This document shows, piece by piece, positions 44,340 to 58,486 of a stretch of 64,000 nt of DNA. Within the stretch, counting starts at the first letter, position 1, and every line of letters starts with the position of its first letter. The stretch is taken from NCBI GenBank assembly GCA_050613775.1, contig JBODTK010000013.1, positions 1,054,001-1,118,000 of the forward strand. The letters run 5' to 3'. Made by a program: the position numbers and the translations under genes. The notes below the pieces were generated by a model. That model did not search any database. It saw only the letters and a list, made by a program, of their open reading frames with translations, and had not been told where the DNA came from. This DNA comes from Neocallimastix sp. 'constans' (taxonomy: Eukaryota).

Positions 44340-45670
44340 ATGCTTCAACAGATGCAATTTCAACAAACGAACCCTCAATCTGATAATAAGGTTCCTTCTC
44401 AAATAACTATGTTTTTACAACAAAATCAACAAAATGCTGCAGTTGCAGCTGCACAAAGTCAATTGGCTGCTACAGCTAATGGACAATTTATTCAAGGTCA
44501 ACAACAGTCAGTATTAATTAATCCAACTTCTTATCATCTTCAACACTCTGTTCCAAAACCTTTCAATATTCCACAACAAAAAGCAACAATTCCTACCCAA
44601 AATTATTTTGGTAATGGGTAAGTAAATATAAATAAACTAAATAATAAAATGGTATATATAATACTAATAATTCTGCTAATAAAAATATATATAATATATA
44701 TGTTAATAGTTCTCTTAATAATACCCTTTATCCAACTCCTTCTTCCAATATTTCTCACATAAATCAAGAAATTGATGATACTTTTACAAATATGCAAACT
44801 GATATTGATTTTAGCTTAAATGATCCGCTTAATATGATGTCACCAAATCCAGGTTCACCATTAGAAATATCACCAGATTTTGATGGACTTGACGAGCTTA
44901 CAAATAAAAGAAGTACTAATTCAATAGCAAATTCTCCATATGGAACTTCTCCATTAGTTATATCACAACCAGTTAATATTGTTGGTAGTAACCATTACCA
45001 CAACATCGGTGAAGAAACAGTCTTTGAAAATATTCCTCAAATAAATTCATTCACTGGTACTACTCCAGCAATGAATATTAAAAGTAATGTTCCAGGTCAT
45101 TTAGCTGCGCCAGGAATTAGCAATGGATTATATAGTATGTCCATGCCAGTTAATGGAACTAATGGAAACTTTTTCAATCAACCAAGCTCATTTGGAAGCT
45201 ACGCTGGTGACATTGCTTTAAAAAGTGGAAGTTTTGATTTCTTAGAAGAACTTGATGGAAACTCTAAACAGTAAGTAAAAATAAAAAATTGATAATGAAA
45301 CTTTTACAATACATTAAAAATTCAAAGGTATTGATTTTTTTTTTTTTTTTTTGAAAAAAATAAATATATTTAAATGAAAAATAGATTAGAAATATTAAAT
45401 GAAAAACGAAGAAGAAGAAGAGAATCACACAACGCTGTAGAAAGACGTAGACGTGATAATATTAATGAAAAAATTCATGAATTATCTACTTTAATACCAG
45501 AACATATATTAAATCCAAATAATGGTGATGGACCAGTTGGAAAACCAAATAAAGGAATAATTTTAAAAAAGAGTGTTGAATACATTAAGCATTTACAAGC
45601 TTTAGTAGAAAAACAAGAAGCAAAAAATAAAGAACTTGAAGAGGAATTAGAAAAGCTTAAACAAGTTTAA
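44340..45670 (+). CDS. bHLH-ZIP transcription factor, Rtg3/MiT-TFE/USF-like; 3 exons: 44340-44617, 44710-45270, 45385-45670 (374 aa)
   Basis: EKRRRRRESHNAVERRRRDNINEKIHELSTLIP...KPNKGIILKKSVEYIKHLQ plus a coiled-coil tail; Gln-rich N-terminus. GTAAGT donors at 44618 and 45271, TAG acceptors at 44709 and 45384; frames join (1125 nt). Confidence 0.92.
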
Positions 45671-47461
45671 AAATAAATTAAAATATGAAGAATCTTTTTA
45701 CTATTCTAAACATGAAGTTACTTTTTTTTTCTTTGTGTTTAGAGTAATAAATAAAAAAGATTCTTTATATTTTTATTGTTTTAATTATGAAAAATTGTAC
45801 GTTTTGTTAAATAATTGTTACAGCTTAAATAATTCCTCTTTTTTATTACATTTTTTTTTTTTAGTATTTTTGATTTATGATATAAATCATCATTTTCAAT
45901 TTCGCTAATTCATTTTCAACATATTAATATATCCATGAATATATTAAATTTTTATTTTTTATTCAAAATTTTTATTCAACAAGTTAAAATTTTTGAATTA
46001 TACATGAAGAAAAAAAAAATTAATCAATGAAGAAAAAGAATTAATTCATTGTTTTTGTTTTGTTCAAAATATCTATAATTACTTATTATTTTTTAAAGAA
46101 ATCTTTTTTCTTATATATATAATTACGAAGGAAAAGAAAAAAGAAAATAAACAAAACAAAAATTTATTTTTCAAAATTAAAGTATTAAAAAAAAAAAAAA
46201 AAAAAATTTAATATTTACCCATAATTATTTTTGAAAATATATTTTTCAAAATTAAGTATCAAAAAATATATATACTTGATTTTCTATATAAAATTTTTAC
46301 CCATAATTATTTTTGAAAATATATTTTTCAAAATTAAAAGTATTCAAAAATATATATACATGATTTTTTATATGAAATATTTAAAAAATCAAAAAGATAT
46401 ATATATAAAGTTTTTATCAATTCAATTATCATTTCAATCATGCCAACATTGTATAATTTAAAATATGTTACTGTATTTTTTTTTTTTTTTATTATTCTTT
46501 TTTAATATCTTTTTATATATAAATATATTTTTAATCAATTGTTAAAATATTTAAAAGGTATAAACAGTGATAAATATATATTTATATATATATATATATA
46601 TATAAATTATATCTTTTTGATTAAATTTTTTCAAAAAAAAAATCATGATATAAAATTGAATATTTATATATAATAAAATATAAATATATATATATATAAA
46701 AATATATAAAAAAAAAAAAAAATCATGATATAAAATTGAATATTTATATATAATAAAATATAAATATATATATATAAAAATATATAAAAAAAAAAAAAAA
46801 ATTTTTATAATTTTTTAAAGTGTTTTATTTATGAAAATTATATATGTATATATATTTTTTTAAAGTGTTTTATTAATGAAAAACAACAAACGTTATTTTT
46901 TTTGAATATTAATTATTTCTTATTATTATTTACTATTTCTTATTTAATTCTTATTATTATTTACTATTTCTTATTTAATTACATTAATTTAAAGTGTTGA
47001 TAATAATAAATTTTTTTTCTTAAAAAGGATAAATTTTTTAGATCAATGTAATTTGTCATTCATTTTTTTATGGTTACCCAATGTTATGATAATTATAATT
47101 AACCATCTATTTATATTAATTACTCTTTGTTATTATTACCATATATAGAAATATTTTTATTTTTTTTATTTTTTTTTTTTTTAATTTTTATTTTTTATTA
47201 TTTAATTTTTTTTTTATTTATTTATTATTTATTTATTTATTATTTATTTATTATTTAATTATTTAATTATATAATTATTTATTTTTATATATGTTAAAAT
47301 AATTTTTTATTAAATATCAAAAATTAATTTTATATATATATAATTTAACCAATTTAATAAAGTTTTTGTTATAATAAACATAAAAAATGGCGTTTATTTT
47401 CATTATAAAATGGCGTTTTATAGAAAAAAATTACAGTCTTTGTTTTTAGTAAAATATATAC

Positions 47462-47500
<39 letters not shown>

Positions 47501-48488
47501 GAATTGAGTCAAAAATAATGCTTTATTATTTATTTTATTTTTATTATTTTCTTATTAAAATTACATTTTTAGATTAATAATGTTTTAATGTTTTATTATT
47601 TATTATATTTTATTTATTTATTTTTTTTTTTTAATAAATTTATTAATACACCTCAAATTATATAAATATTAAATAGTAATATAATAAAAACATTTAAAAT
47701 ATTTCATTGTTAATTATTTTATATATAAGGGAATTTTATTAATATACTTTAAATTATATATAATTTGAAATATATGGTATATATACATATAAATAGGGAT
47801 TTATTAACATCTCAAACTTTATTTATATACTTTTAATTTAATAAAAACGTTAAAGATTTCATTATTTCATATATAGGAAATTTTTATCACAATATTTAAA
47901 GTTATATATATATATATTATAATATTAAAAATGTTTAATTATTAAATAAAAAGAAAGAAAAGTTTAAAATGAAAAATTATATATAAAAAGAAAAGTTTAA
48001 AATGAAAAATTTTATATATTATTAAAAATAGAATAATAGAGAAATATATATTATATTTTAAAGAGAGTAAAAACGAAATAAAATATTATAGCAGCATCCT
48101 AAATAATAATAAAAATAATAAAAATAATAAATATAATAAAAATAAAAATTTTAGTTTAAAAAAACTATTTTGTATTTTTTTTTTAGTGTTTATTATATAT
48201 GATAAAATATTTTAAATGTTTATAATCATTTTTTTTTTTAAAAAAAAAAATTAATAACAATAATAAAAAAAAAAAGTCTAAAAAAATATATAAATGAGGA
48301 TCATTTATTTTCTTTTTGAGGATTATGCTTTATAATAAAATAATAATAATAACTAAATATATATATAATATTTATTTTACCTTAAAAAGTCATTTCTATT
48401 GTATATTTTTTCTTTTAAGAATAATAAATAATAAAAATCTTTAAATAAATAGAGCTTCAACTTTATAATTCAAAGTATATTTGAATTT

Positions 48489-48526
<38 letters not shown>

Positions 48527-48794
48527 TTTATTTTAAAAAAAAAATATATATATATATATATAATAAATTTAAAAAAAAAATTATATAATATATATTTTAA
48601 TTATATTGATTTTATTAATAATTAATCTTTCATTCAAAAAAGAATTTTTTATTTATTTATATTACAATCAATTACTCTTTATTTTATTTTTATTTTATTT
48701 TTATTTTTTATAAAATATTTTATTTAATAATATTTATTCAAAAATTACATGAAAATTAAATACATGAATTTTTTTTCATTAATATTAAAAAACT

Positions 48795-49020
48795 ACAGTA
48801 TCGAGGACGAAATGGCCTCTAACTCTTCCCATTCATCTATAATAACTCCATATGGATAAAAATTATCATTCGAATCTTCGAATCTGTATCAGAATTTCTT
48901 CTTTGTCTTATTGTTTCGACGTCGACGTTCTTGACAACAATAGATCTATATACAAATTGATCATAGTGTAAAAATTCACTAATCACAATAGACATAGCAT
49001 TAGTAAGGACGTCTAAATAA
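48795..49020 (-). mobile_element. Short LINE fragment (ORF C-terminus), same family as 32335-33226
   Basis: 48850-49010 matches the reverse complement of 33065-33225 (shared TTCGAATCTGTATCAGAATTT, TTCGACGTCGAC, GACAACAATAGATCTA). Peptide LTNAMSIVIS...RSIVVKNVDVETIRQRRNSDTDS. Confidence 0.75.
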
Positions 49021-49660
49021 TACATAACATTATTAAATTGTTTTTTGTATTTTTTTTTTATCATTATCATATCTAAACCATTCTTTCAATTACTTTATAA
49101 AATAATATAATATATATTAATTTTAAATTGACTATTAATTTTTATGATATGATTATATTTTAAATTTTTATTAAAAAAAAAAAAAAAAATAAAAATAAAA
49201 AAAAAATTTAAAGTTCTTATTTATTTTTTATCAATAAAAAAATTTATTTTAAATTTGGATGAATATTAAAATGTATAAATAAACTAAAAATTTTAAAGAT
49301 TATTAAATTTTACATATTATGATTTATAATTTAAAGTAAATATATAAATAATTTTAAATGATAGAAAAAACAAAAAAACAAAAAATTATAATTTATATTT
49401 AACTAATAAATGATAAAATAATTTTTTTATAAATTATTAAACATTATGTAATTTATGTACCTTATTAATACATAATAGATAAAATTTAAAATCATGTTTT
49501 TAAATTTCATTATTATTAACTATGATATTAAAAAAAAAAAAAAAAAACTTTTTTTCTCTAAAAGTTAAATTATTAAGGTTAAATTTATATGTCTATAATT
49601 AATATTTATTATAATATTAAAATAATTTTTAATATTATAGTAAATATTAATTTAATTATT

Positions 49661-51265
49661 TCAATTATTAAAATCTATTTTAAAATTACTTTTACTTATA
49701 GAAACTCTATAATGGTAATCAATTAATATATTTCCTATATCTTTTGAATATTTTTTAGATCTACTGTTGTATGAATGATTACTACTTTTTTTACTTACGA
49801 CACTGAATGTTGTTGATAAATTCTCATTAAATTCTTGATTTTTTTTAATAAATTCATTTTCATCAAAATCACCATCTTTTTTTTTCTTTCGAAATATTCC
49901 ATATATTATTTTTATACCATAAATAAATGTAAAATTTGAAATTGAAAAAAAAATTAGTAAAAATGAATATCCTATATTATATAATAAAAATGTGTCTATT
50001 CTAATAATGCTCATGGTAATATATAATATGGTGAAGAGAATGTCAATAAAAATTGTTGACAACACATATTTAAGTTCATATTTTGTTTCTTCGATATTCC
50101 ATTCAATAAATATTAAAAATAACATGCAAAGTACATATAGTGTTTGAAAAATTAGCGTTATTGGAAATAAATATTTACCGAACGATTTAAACTTTCTACA
50201 TTTTTGAAAAATCTCCCCACTTGTTGGTAATATAATTTTGATTTCATATGGAGAATATAGTAATATCAAATTAGCCATTATTATCATTCCTAATATTACT
50301 ATAAGAAAAAAACATTTATGTTTTATGACCCAAATGGATAATTTATTTTCTTCAGGAAAATCAATAATTAATTTAAAAAAAAAAGGAAAGAGACTTATAT
50401 CAAATCCTATTATTATTCCTATTGTTCTTAATTTACATTTTAGTTCTGTTACATCTCCAAATACAGTAAGAACTGAATTTAATATTATAATAGATCCAAC
50501 TATAGATAACAGCCAATAAAAATTCGGTAAACATTTAAATTCCAATTTAAATTTATCTATATACATAAATAAGATAGATGAGATCATAAGAACCGTTATG
50601 ACAGAATAAAAAATAATAATTACTAATCCTAATACTGTCTCATCAGAATTTATTAATAACGAATACATTTTTGTCATATTATCTATTGTATTTATAACTT
50701 CAGAAATAGATTTATTTCTATATAAATAATCAAAGACAGTATTTCTATATTTTTCAATATATTTATTTATATCATAATATTTTGTATCAAATGTCATAGC
50801 TTTGAATGGTTGAGCATCTTTTGCTAATTGGCATTCTATCATAGAGCATACTTCCTCATCGTTATATAAACTACCAATTCCTGAATATATATTATTTGCA
50901 ATAAACACTTTTTTTTGTATTTCCTTTGATGTCATAAATGTTAAAACTTCTACAGCTGCTTTCTTTCTTTCATCACTTATATATCGATTTATACCAACAT
51001 TAAGAGTATTGGATATAGAACCTGAAACACCTTCTTTCCATCCCGGTAAAGCTGTGACATTATAATCCGGAAAAGTACTTACGTACCAAAATTTTATAAA
51101 TATCGCATTTTTTGTAATCATTTTGTTTATTCCTTCATATTCATTAGCAATAAATTGATCATCTTTTAATGACATATTCAATAATATTAATTTATTAATA
51201 TTATAATTAATAAATAATTTATTTTTTAAATTATTTAAAATATAAATTTTGTTATTTTAAATTTC

Positions 51266-51296
<31 letters not shown>

Positions 51297-52450
51297 ATGA
51301 AATAAACCTGAGGCTATCTCTTCTTTAAGTTTTTTCATCATTTGTAATGCTTTAATTGTTGCTTCACTTCTTATATCTGGATATGGTGAATAATTTGACT
51401 CTCTATATGAATTAATAAATTCATAAATTGACACGATCCCATTATCACCATCTTGTAATAATAATACATATTTATTAATTATTATTATTGAATAGCATTG
51501 AAAAAAATATGATATAATTTTGAAATTAATAATAAATTTTAATTTTTTAATATTATAATTTTTTATTATTATATATATATATAAAGTCTAACAAGTTAAT
51601 TGATTATTGTACCAGTAAATAATCCATTATAAGTAATTAATTCTGTATTATTAAGTTTCCTTTCTTCTGTAATAATATATTTACTAATTTTTAATAATTC
51701 ATCCCAAGTCCTCGGAATTGGCTTATTATATTTTGATAAAAGAATATTATTGGAATACAGTGCACTTATATATATGTATATGGGCTATTTTATTATATTT
51801 ATATATATATATTAAATTTTTATTATTACTATAAATAATATATTCATTTCTTTTATATATATAAATATAAATTACTATAAATAATATATTCATTTCTTTT
51901 TATATATATATATATATATATATATAAATATATATTACAAGAGAAACCACAATATCATTATATAAACATCTTTTAATTGTTCCTGGATCATACATATTAA
52001 TATGTTCTTTTGGTATCCATTCTTCAAGATTTAATAAATGTGGTCCATATTCTTTTGTATATGATGCATAATAAAGAAATATATCATATTTTTCTGATTT
52101 TTTATTAAGAAGAGAACCCACAATTGCTCCATAATCATTGATTACTGATGTTGAATTATCTCGTGTTAAGGTAACAATATTAAATCTTATATTTAAATTA
52201 TTATTTCTGGAATATTGTTTGAATTCACTAACTAATGAAGAATATAATACCTCCTCATATACATATACTAATGCATTTACGTCAATTGCTTTTATAAAGT
52301 CTTTTTAAATAAATACTATTATATTAATATCTTATTAAATATAACAAAAAATATATATATATTTTGTTATATATATTACTTACGAATATTTAAAAAAAAA
52401 TATATTAAATTTAAATATAATATAATATTTTTCCAAATTTTTTTGAACAT
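49661..52450 (-). CDS. Class C GPCR-like 7TM receptor with N-terminal sugar SBP domain (paralog A); exons 52450-52384, 52300-51939, 51784-51613, 51451-51308, 51162-49661 (748 aa)
   Basis: Signal-peptide-like exon 1; SBP motifs KYDIFLYY, IPRTWDELL, ALPGWKEGVSGS, AAVEVLTFMTSKEIQK; seven hydrophobic helices with TM3 Cys (CKLR) and ECL2 Cys (FQKC). All introns GT-AG and phase-compatible (2247 nt). Confidence 0.88.
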
Positions 52451-53172
52451 TTATTTTAAAGTTATATATATTCATAATACAAAAAAAAAAAAAAAAAATA
52501 AGAACAAAAAATAAAATCATCAAAATAAATAATTAATACATAAAAATATAGTTTATATGAAAGTTATTTTAGGTTTTAAATTTAATATAACCTTTATAAT
52601 TTTAAAAAATTTTTTTTTTCTTTACTTCTTATTTTTAAAATAGCTATAAATATAAATTATATTTAAAACTATTTTATTATTATATTTATTATTATAATCC
52701 ATAATTAATAAATAAATTATTATTTCTTTCATATGTATGTATTTATAATATAAAATAAAAATAAAAATAAAAAATATATAAAAAAAATTATTATAAATTA
52801 AATAATTCTAAAACTATATTATTATTTTCATTTATTTTTATTATTTATAATTATTAATATTTATTATTTTATAATGAATATTTTATTTTTCATTTATTAT
52901 TATTGTTAAAAATCAGAATATTTTATTATTTTTATATTTAATTTTTATTATTATTTAATAATTTTATTTATTAATGTTAATATTTAATTATTTATTAAGA
53001 TTTATCTTCATTATTTTTATGAAATAAAAAAAAAAAAAATCACAAAAAAATTTACACATATTATTTTTTTTTTTCTCCATTTTAACTAATATTTCATCTA
53101 TAATTATATATATATATTAAATAATTATATAAATTTATTAATGATATAATAGAAATAATATAATGTTAAAAA
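52451..53172. promoter_or_regulatory. Divergent intergenic region between receptor paralogs A and B (722 bp between ATGs)
   Basis: Head-to-head start codons at 52450 (-) and 53173 (+). No specific cis-element identified. Confidence 0.5.
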
Positions 53173-55995
53173 ATGAATCCAATATATATTATATATATAA
53201 TAGTTCTCTCGTTAATTAAAATAAGTAAATATTCAATTATTTCATTCAATCAAATTATTAATAATAATAACATATAATTACATATTTATTTTATTTTTTT
53301 CTTTTTTTCTTTTTTTCTTTTTTTTTTTTTTTTTTTTTTTTATTTTAGAACTTTCAAAAGCTATTACAGTTACTGCAATAGCCTTCATATATTCAGAGAA
53401 AATAGATTTATATAAACCGTTTGCAGATGAATTTAATAAATACTCAAAAGAAAAAAAATTAGATATAGTTTTTGACCTTACCATTTTAACACCAGACAAT
53501 TCAACATCTTATATAAATGATTATGGAATAATGATAGATAATCTACTTCAAAAAAAAACAAAAAAATATGATATATTTTTCTATTATGGAACATATACAA
53601 AAAGATATGGTAAATATTTCATAAATTTGGAAGATTGGCTTCCAAAAGAGCATATTGATATGTATGACCCTCAAATTATTTCAAAATCATGTCTTTATAA
53701 CAACAAAGTGGTTGGACTGGTAAAATATAATATAGTATTAATTATTTTTTTTAGTAAAAGAATTATTTATGTAAAAAAGTTTACATATAATAAGAAAATA
53801 ATATAATCGTAAAATATATAATAAAAAGTATGTAAACTAATATTAATTATAATGCTTGCATAAATTTGAATTAAGCCTATTACAATAGATATTAGTGTTT
53901 TATATTCAAATCAAATGTTATTATCAAAATACGAAAAAGAAATACCAAAAACATGGGATGAATTAATTGAAACTAGTAAATACATTTTTGATGTAGAAAA
54001 AAATAACTTTAATAATACAAATTTAATTACTTTTAACGGATTATTTAATAGTAATTATGAAATATATATTAAAAATATAATTTAATATATTATATTATAT
54101 TATAATATTAATATTATATTAATTATTAAATGTTTTATATATTTTAATTACAAATTAATTATTACTTGAATTTTAATAAATGAAGAAGGTGATCAAGGAA
54201 TTGTTTCAATTTATGAATTTATCAATTCATTCAGAGATTCGAATAATTCACCGTATCCAGAAACTCAAAGTGAAACAAGTGAAGAAGCTCTAAAAATGAT
54301 GAAAAAATTAAAAAATGAAATATCATCAGGTTACATATATACATCCATATATATCATTATGAAAATAAATAATTTATGAAATTATATATTTTATATATAT
54401 ATATTATTAATATTCATATAATTTAAAATATTATATATAATAAAGATTTACAATTTCAATTGGACGATTATGATACAATTACAAGATTATTTACCGGAAC
54501 TGCAATATTTTTAAGATTTTGGTATTTACCACATAGTCCTATATACAAAGCATCTGCAGTACCCGGGAAAAATAAAAATGTTTCTGGATCTATGGCAGGA
54601 GCTTATAATATAGCTATTAATCGTTATTCAGATTCAGAGAAAAAAAAAGCAGCTATTGAAGTATTAAAATTTATTACTTCAAAAGAAATTCAGAAAAAAC
54701 TTATAATTTCAAAGAATTATTACTCAAGTATTAGTAGTCTTTATGATGAAGAAGATGTATGTCAAATGATAGATTGTAAAGTAATTAAAGATATGATGCC
54801 TTTTTCAGCAATGGACTTTGATACAAAACAATTTGATCTTGATTTTTACATTGATAAATATAAATCTTATGTATATGATTATTTATATGGAAATAAAACA
54901 GTTTCTGAAGTACTAAAAAATATAGATGATATTACAAAGATATATACATTTGATATAAAAACTAATAATTCACTGTTAGGATTAGTCATACTTATTATAT
55001 TTATCTTATCATCAATTATTATAGTATCATCAGTAGTGTTTTTATTTAGTGAAAAGTATAATCTTTATTATAAAAATTTGCCAATTATATTTTGGGTTTT
55101 TAGTCCCCTAGGATCATTTATTATATTGTGTTCTGTTCTTACATTTTATGGAAATATGACCGTAGTAAAATGTAAATTTAGACAAGCATTAATTATTGGT
55201 GGATTCATTCAAAGTTTATTTCCAATCTTATATTTATTAATTATTAATTTTCCAGAAGATAATAAAATATCAAAATGGTTTATGAAACATAAATATATTT
55301 TTTTTTTATTAATAGTAACTCTAAATAGTATTACATTTATTATGTTAATGATATCACCAATTAAAATTAAAAATATTATTATAATAGAAGGTGAAAATTC
55401 TCAAAAATGTGATAACTATAAATCGTTTGGATTAGTTTTATTTCATATAATAGAATTCTATATATCATTCTTAATTTTTTCAATTTTGTTATTAATTTTT
55501 ATAGAATGGAATTATAAAGAATCATATTATAATGTAAGGTTTTTATTAGCAGCAATTATAATGGATATTCTTTCAGTAATCATATATATTATATTCAACA
55601 AAATTGATATTAATGACTATAATATTTATGGTTTTATTCTCTCAATTATTATATTTATTTTGGCATTATCAAATTATACATTTACATACGGAATTAGAGT
55701 ATTACTTGTACTAATACAAAAAAAGAAGGATGATTTTGATGAAGAAGAATTTATTAAAAAAAATAAAATATATAATGAACGGTTATCAAACACTACTACA
55801 ACTAAAGCCACAAATTCTTTTAACAAAGAAATAGAATTTAATAGCGATAGTGATTCATCAAGTAAAAATAGAAGAAAATCTTCTGTAGTTTCAAGTAATG
55901 AAAGAAGAACTTCTATATTTACAGAAAATATAAGAAAAGCTTCTGTAATTTCAAACAAAATAATGAATTATCATTTTACAGTATCTAAAGAATGA
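53173..55995 (+). CDS. Class C GPCR-like 7TM receptor with N-terminal sugar SBP domain (paralog B); exons 53173-53224, 53349-53719, 53876-54050, 54186-54329, 54446-55995 (763 aa)
   Basis: MNPIYIIYIIVLSLIKI signal-like start; KYDIFFYY, IPKTWDELI, AVPGKNKNVSGS, AAIEVLKFITSKEIQK; 7TM with CKFR and SQKC; Ser-rich tail. Frames join (2292 nt). Confidence 0.9.
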
Positions 55996-57235
55996 TCATT
56001 CTATTCTAAATAGTCACATAATTAATAAAAAATTAGAAATAAATAAATAAAAATAGAAAAAATAAATATTGTTATATTATTCATTAAGTTAGATTAAGTA
56101 AATGTTACTGTTTTAAGTTTGACCCATAGAGTCCACCATTGAAATATAAACCATAATATAACTAGTGGTCCATTAAATAAATGAGAAAAGTGATAACAGC
56201 ATTACAATTTTTTTATTATAATAATTTTTTCATTAAATTATTAAATTAACTTTAATTAATTTTATATTTATTGTTATGTATTTTCTTTATTTTAATAATT
56301 TATTTTATATTAAGTCATAATTAATATATAAAGTATACATATATAATTTATAAATCAAATAATTCAATTATTCAACTAAATAAATTCAATGTAAGCAATA
56401 AAATCCTAATGTTTAATTGTTTTCAATATCCATTAATAATGAATCTATATATAATAAATAAATTATCAATTATATATATTAATATGATTTACCTTTTACT
56501 TCCAATAAAAAAAAAAGGTACTACCATTTTTTTTTCTCTTTGTATTAAATGAATTTAATTTTTTCTGATTTTTTTTTTTTTTTGACTTTTTTCTGACCTC
56601 TTTTGTTTATTAAGTTCATGGAAAAAAATGTTAATATTTTAATTTTCAATTTTTAACTTTTATATAAATTTAAATAAAAAAAATATAAACTATTTTTAAT
56701 TTTTTTTTTTAACTTTATAATGTTCTTTTGATGATTATGAAAATATTTATTAATATATATATAATTACATTTTAAAGTTTTTTATTAACATTTTAAACTT
56801 AAAATAATATTAATAATATAATTATCCAAAAAATGAATTAATGTTAAAAAATTTATTCCTATATATATCAAGTGTTAAAATTAAATCACATATAGTAATA
56901 ATCTTCAAATATTTTTAATCTTATTATTAAAAATGATAAAAAAATATTATTAATCTTATTCATAATATAAAATTATTTGTAGTAAATTTTCATTTTAATA
57001 ATAATTAGAATTTCAAAAATTTTAATACAAATAATACTTTGAATATATTAATATATTTAAAACATATTAATATTTTTTAGAAAATGGATAATTGAAAAAA
57101 AAAAAATATATATATATATATATATTATTCAATTTCTTTAATGTATAATATATATTAAATTTATAAAACATGCGAGTCATTATACTATAAATAAAAAATT
57201 CAAACACTAAAGAACAACAACAACAACAACAACAA

Positions 57236-57286
<51 letters not shown>

Positions 57287-57319
57287 ACATAATAAATTTA
57301 ATTAATAGAATATACATAA

Positions 57320-58455
57320 ATGTTTACAATAAAGAAAAGAATTATATTTATATTACTTATACTATTTCTTAAAATAAGTAAATAATAATTATATATATAT
57401 ATATATTAAAAAAATAAAGAAATAAAAAAAAATTCAAATATTTTAATATAAATTTATATATAAATATAGATACTATATATGCTGTTGTTATAAATGGATT
57501 AATTTACATAAATGAAAATGAAATGTATATACCTTTAATTAATTCATTTAATAAATATGCAGAAGAGAAAAACTTAAATATAACAATAAAATTAACCACT
57601 TTAACAACATTTAATTCAACGTCTGAAATCAATAATTATGGATCATTGGTAGACATGTTTCTAAGTAAAAAATCAGATAAATATGATTTATTTTTTTATT
57701 ATGCATCATATACTAAAAAATATGGACCTCATTTTGAAGATTTAAAAGAATTATTACCGAAAGAACATATAGATATGTATGATAAAGACATTATTTCAAA
57801 ATCATGTCTTTATAATGATAAAGTGGTTGGATTAGTAAATATTAATAAATATATTAAATATATAATAATAATAACAATAATAATTATAATAATAATGGTC
57901 ATATAAATTAAGACTTACGATTTTGTAAATTAATATATATAATTATATATATATATATATGTAACAGCCAATATCTCTTTTTGTAAGTTCATTATATTCA
58001 AATGAAAAACTTTTAAAAAAATATGATAAAAAAATACCGAAAACATGGGAAGAATTAATAGAGACATGTAAATATATTTGGAATGAAGAAAAACTATCAA
58101 ATAACAATACCAAACTTATCCCATATAATGGATTATTCCATGGTAATTCAAAGAAATAATAAAATAAAAATTAATATTTAATATATTTTACATTATAAAG
58201 TAATATTAATATAATATTAATATTATTAAATTAATAATTAATCCATATAATTGATTTTAAAAGATGGTGATTATGGAATTTTATCAATATATGAATTAAT
58301 TAATTCATATAGAGAATCAAATTCTTCCCCTTATCCTAGAATTAATAGTGAAATGGCCATTAATGCTTTAAAATTGATGAAAAAATTAAAGGATCAAATT
58401 GGTTCAGGTAAATTTTATATTTAAATATTAATTATAGAATTATTAATTATAATTA

Positions 58456-58486
<31 letters not shown>

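Noticed and set aside
48793..48820. GAGGACGAAA resembling hammerhead stem II
   Set aside because: No upstream CTGANGA core or matching stem; lies at the edge of a LINE fragment.
56110..56200. Small GC-richer islands (also ~3565-3610, ~22150-22290, ~37480-37570)
   Set aside because: No motif, splice-compatible frame or repeat partner that I could support.
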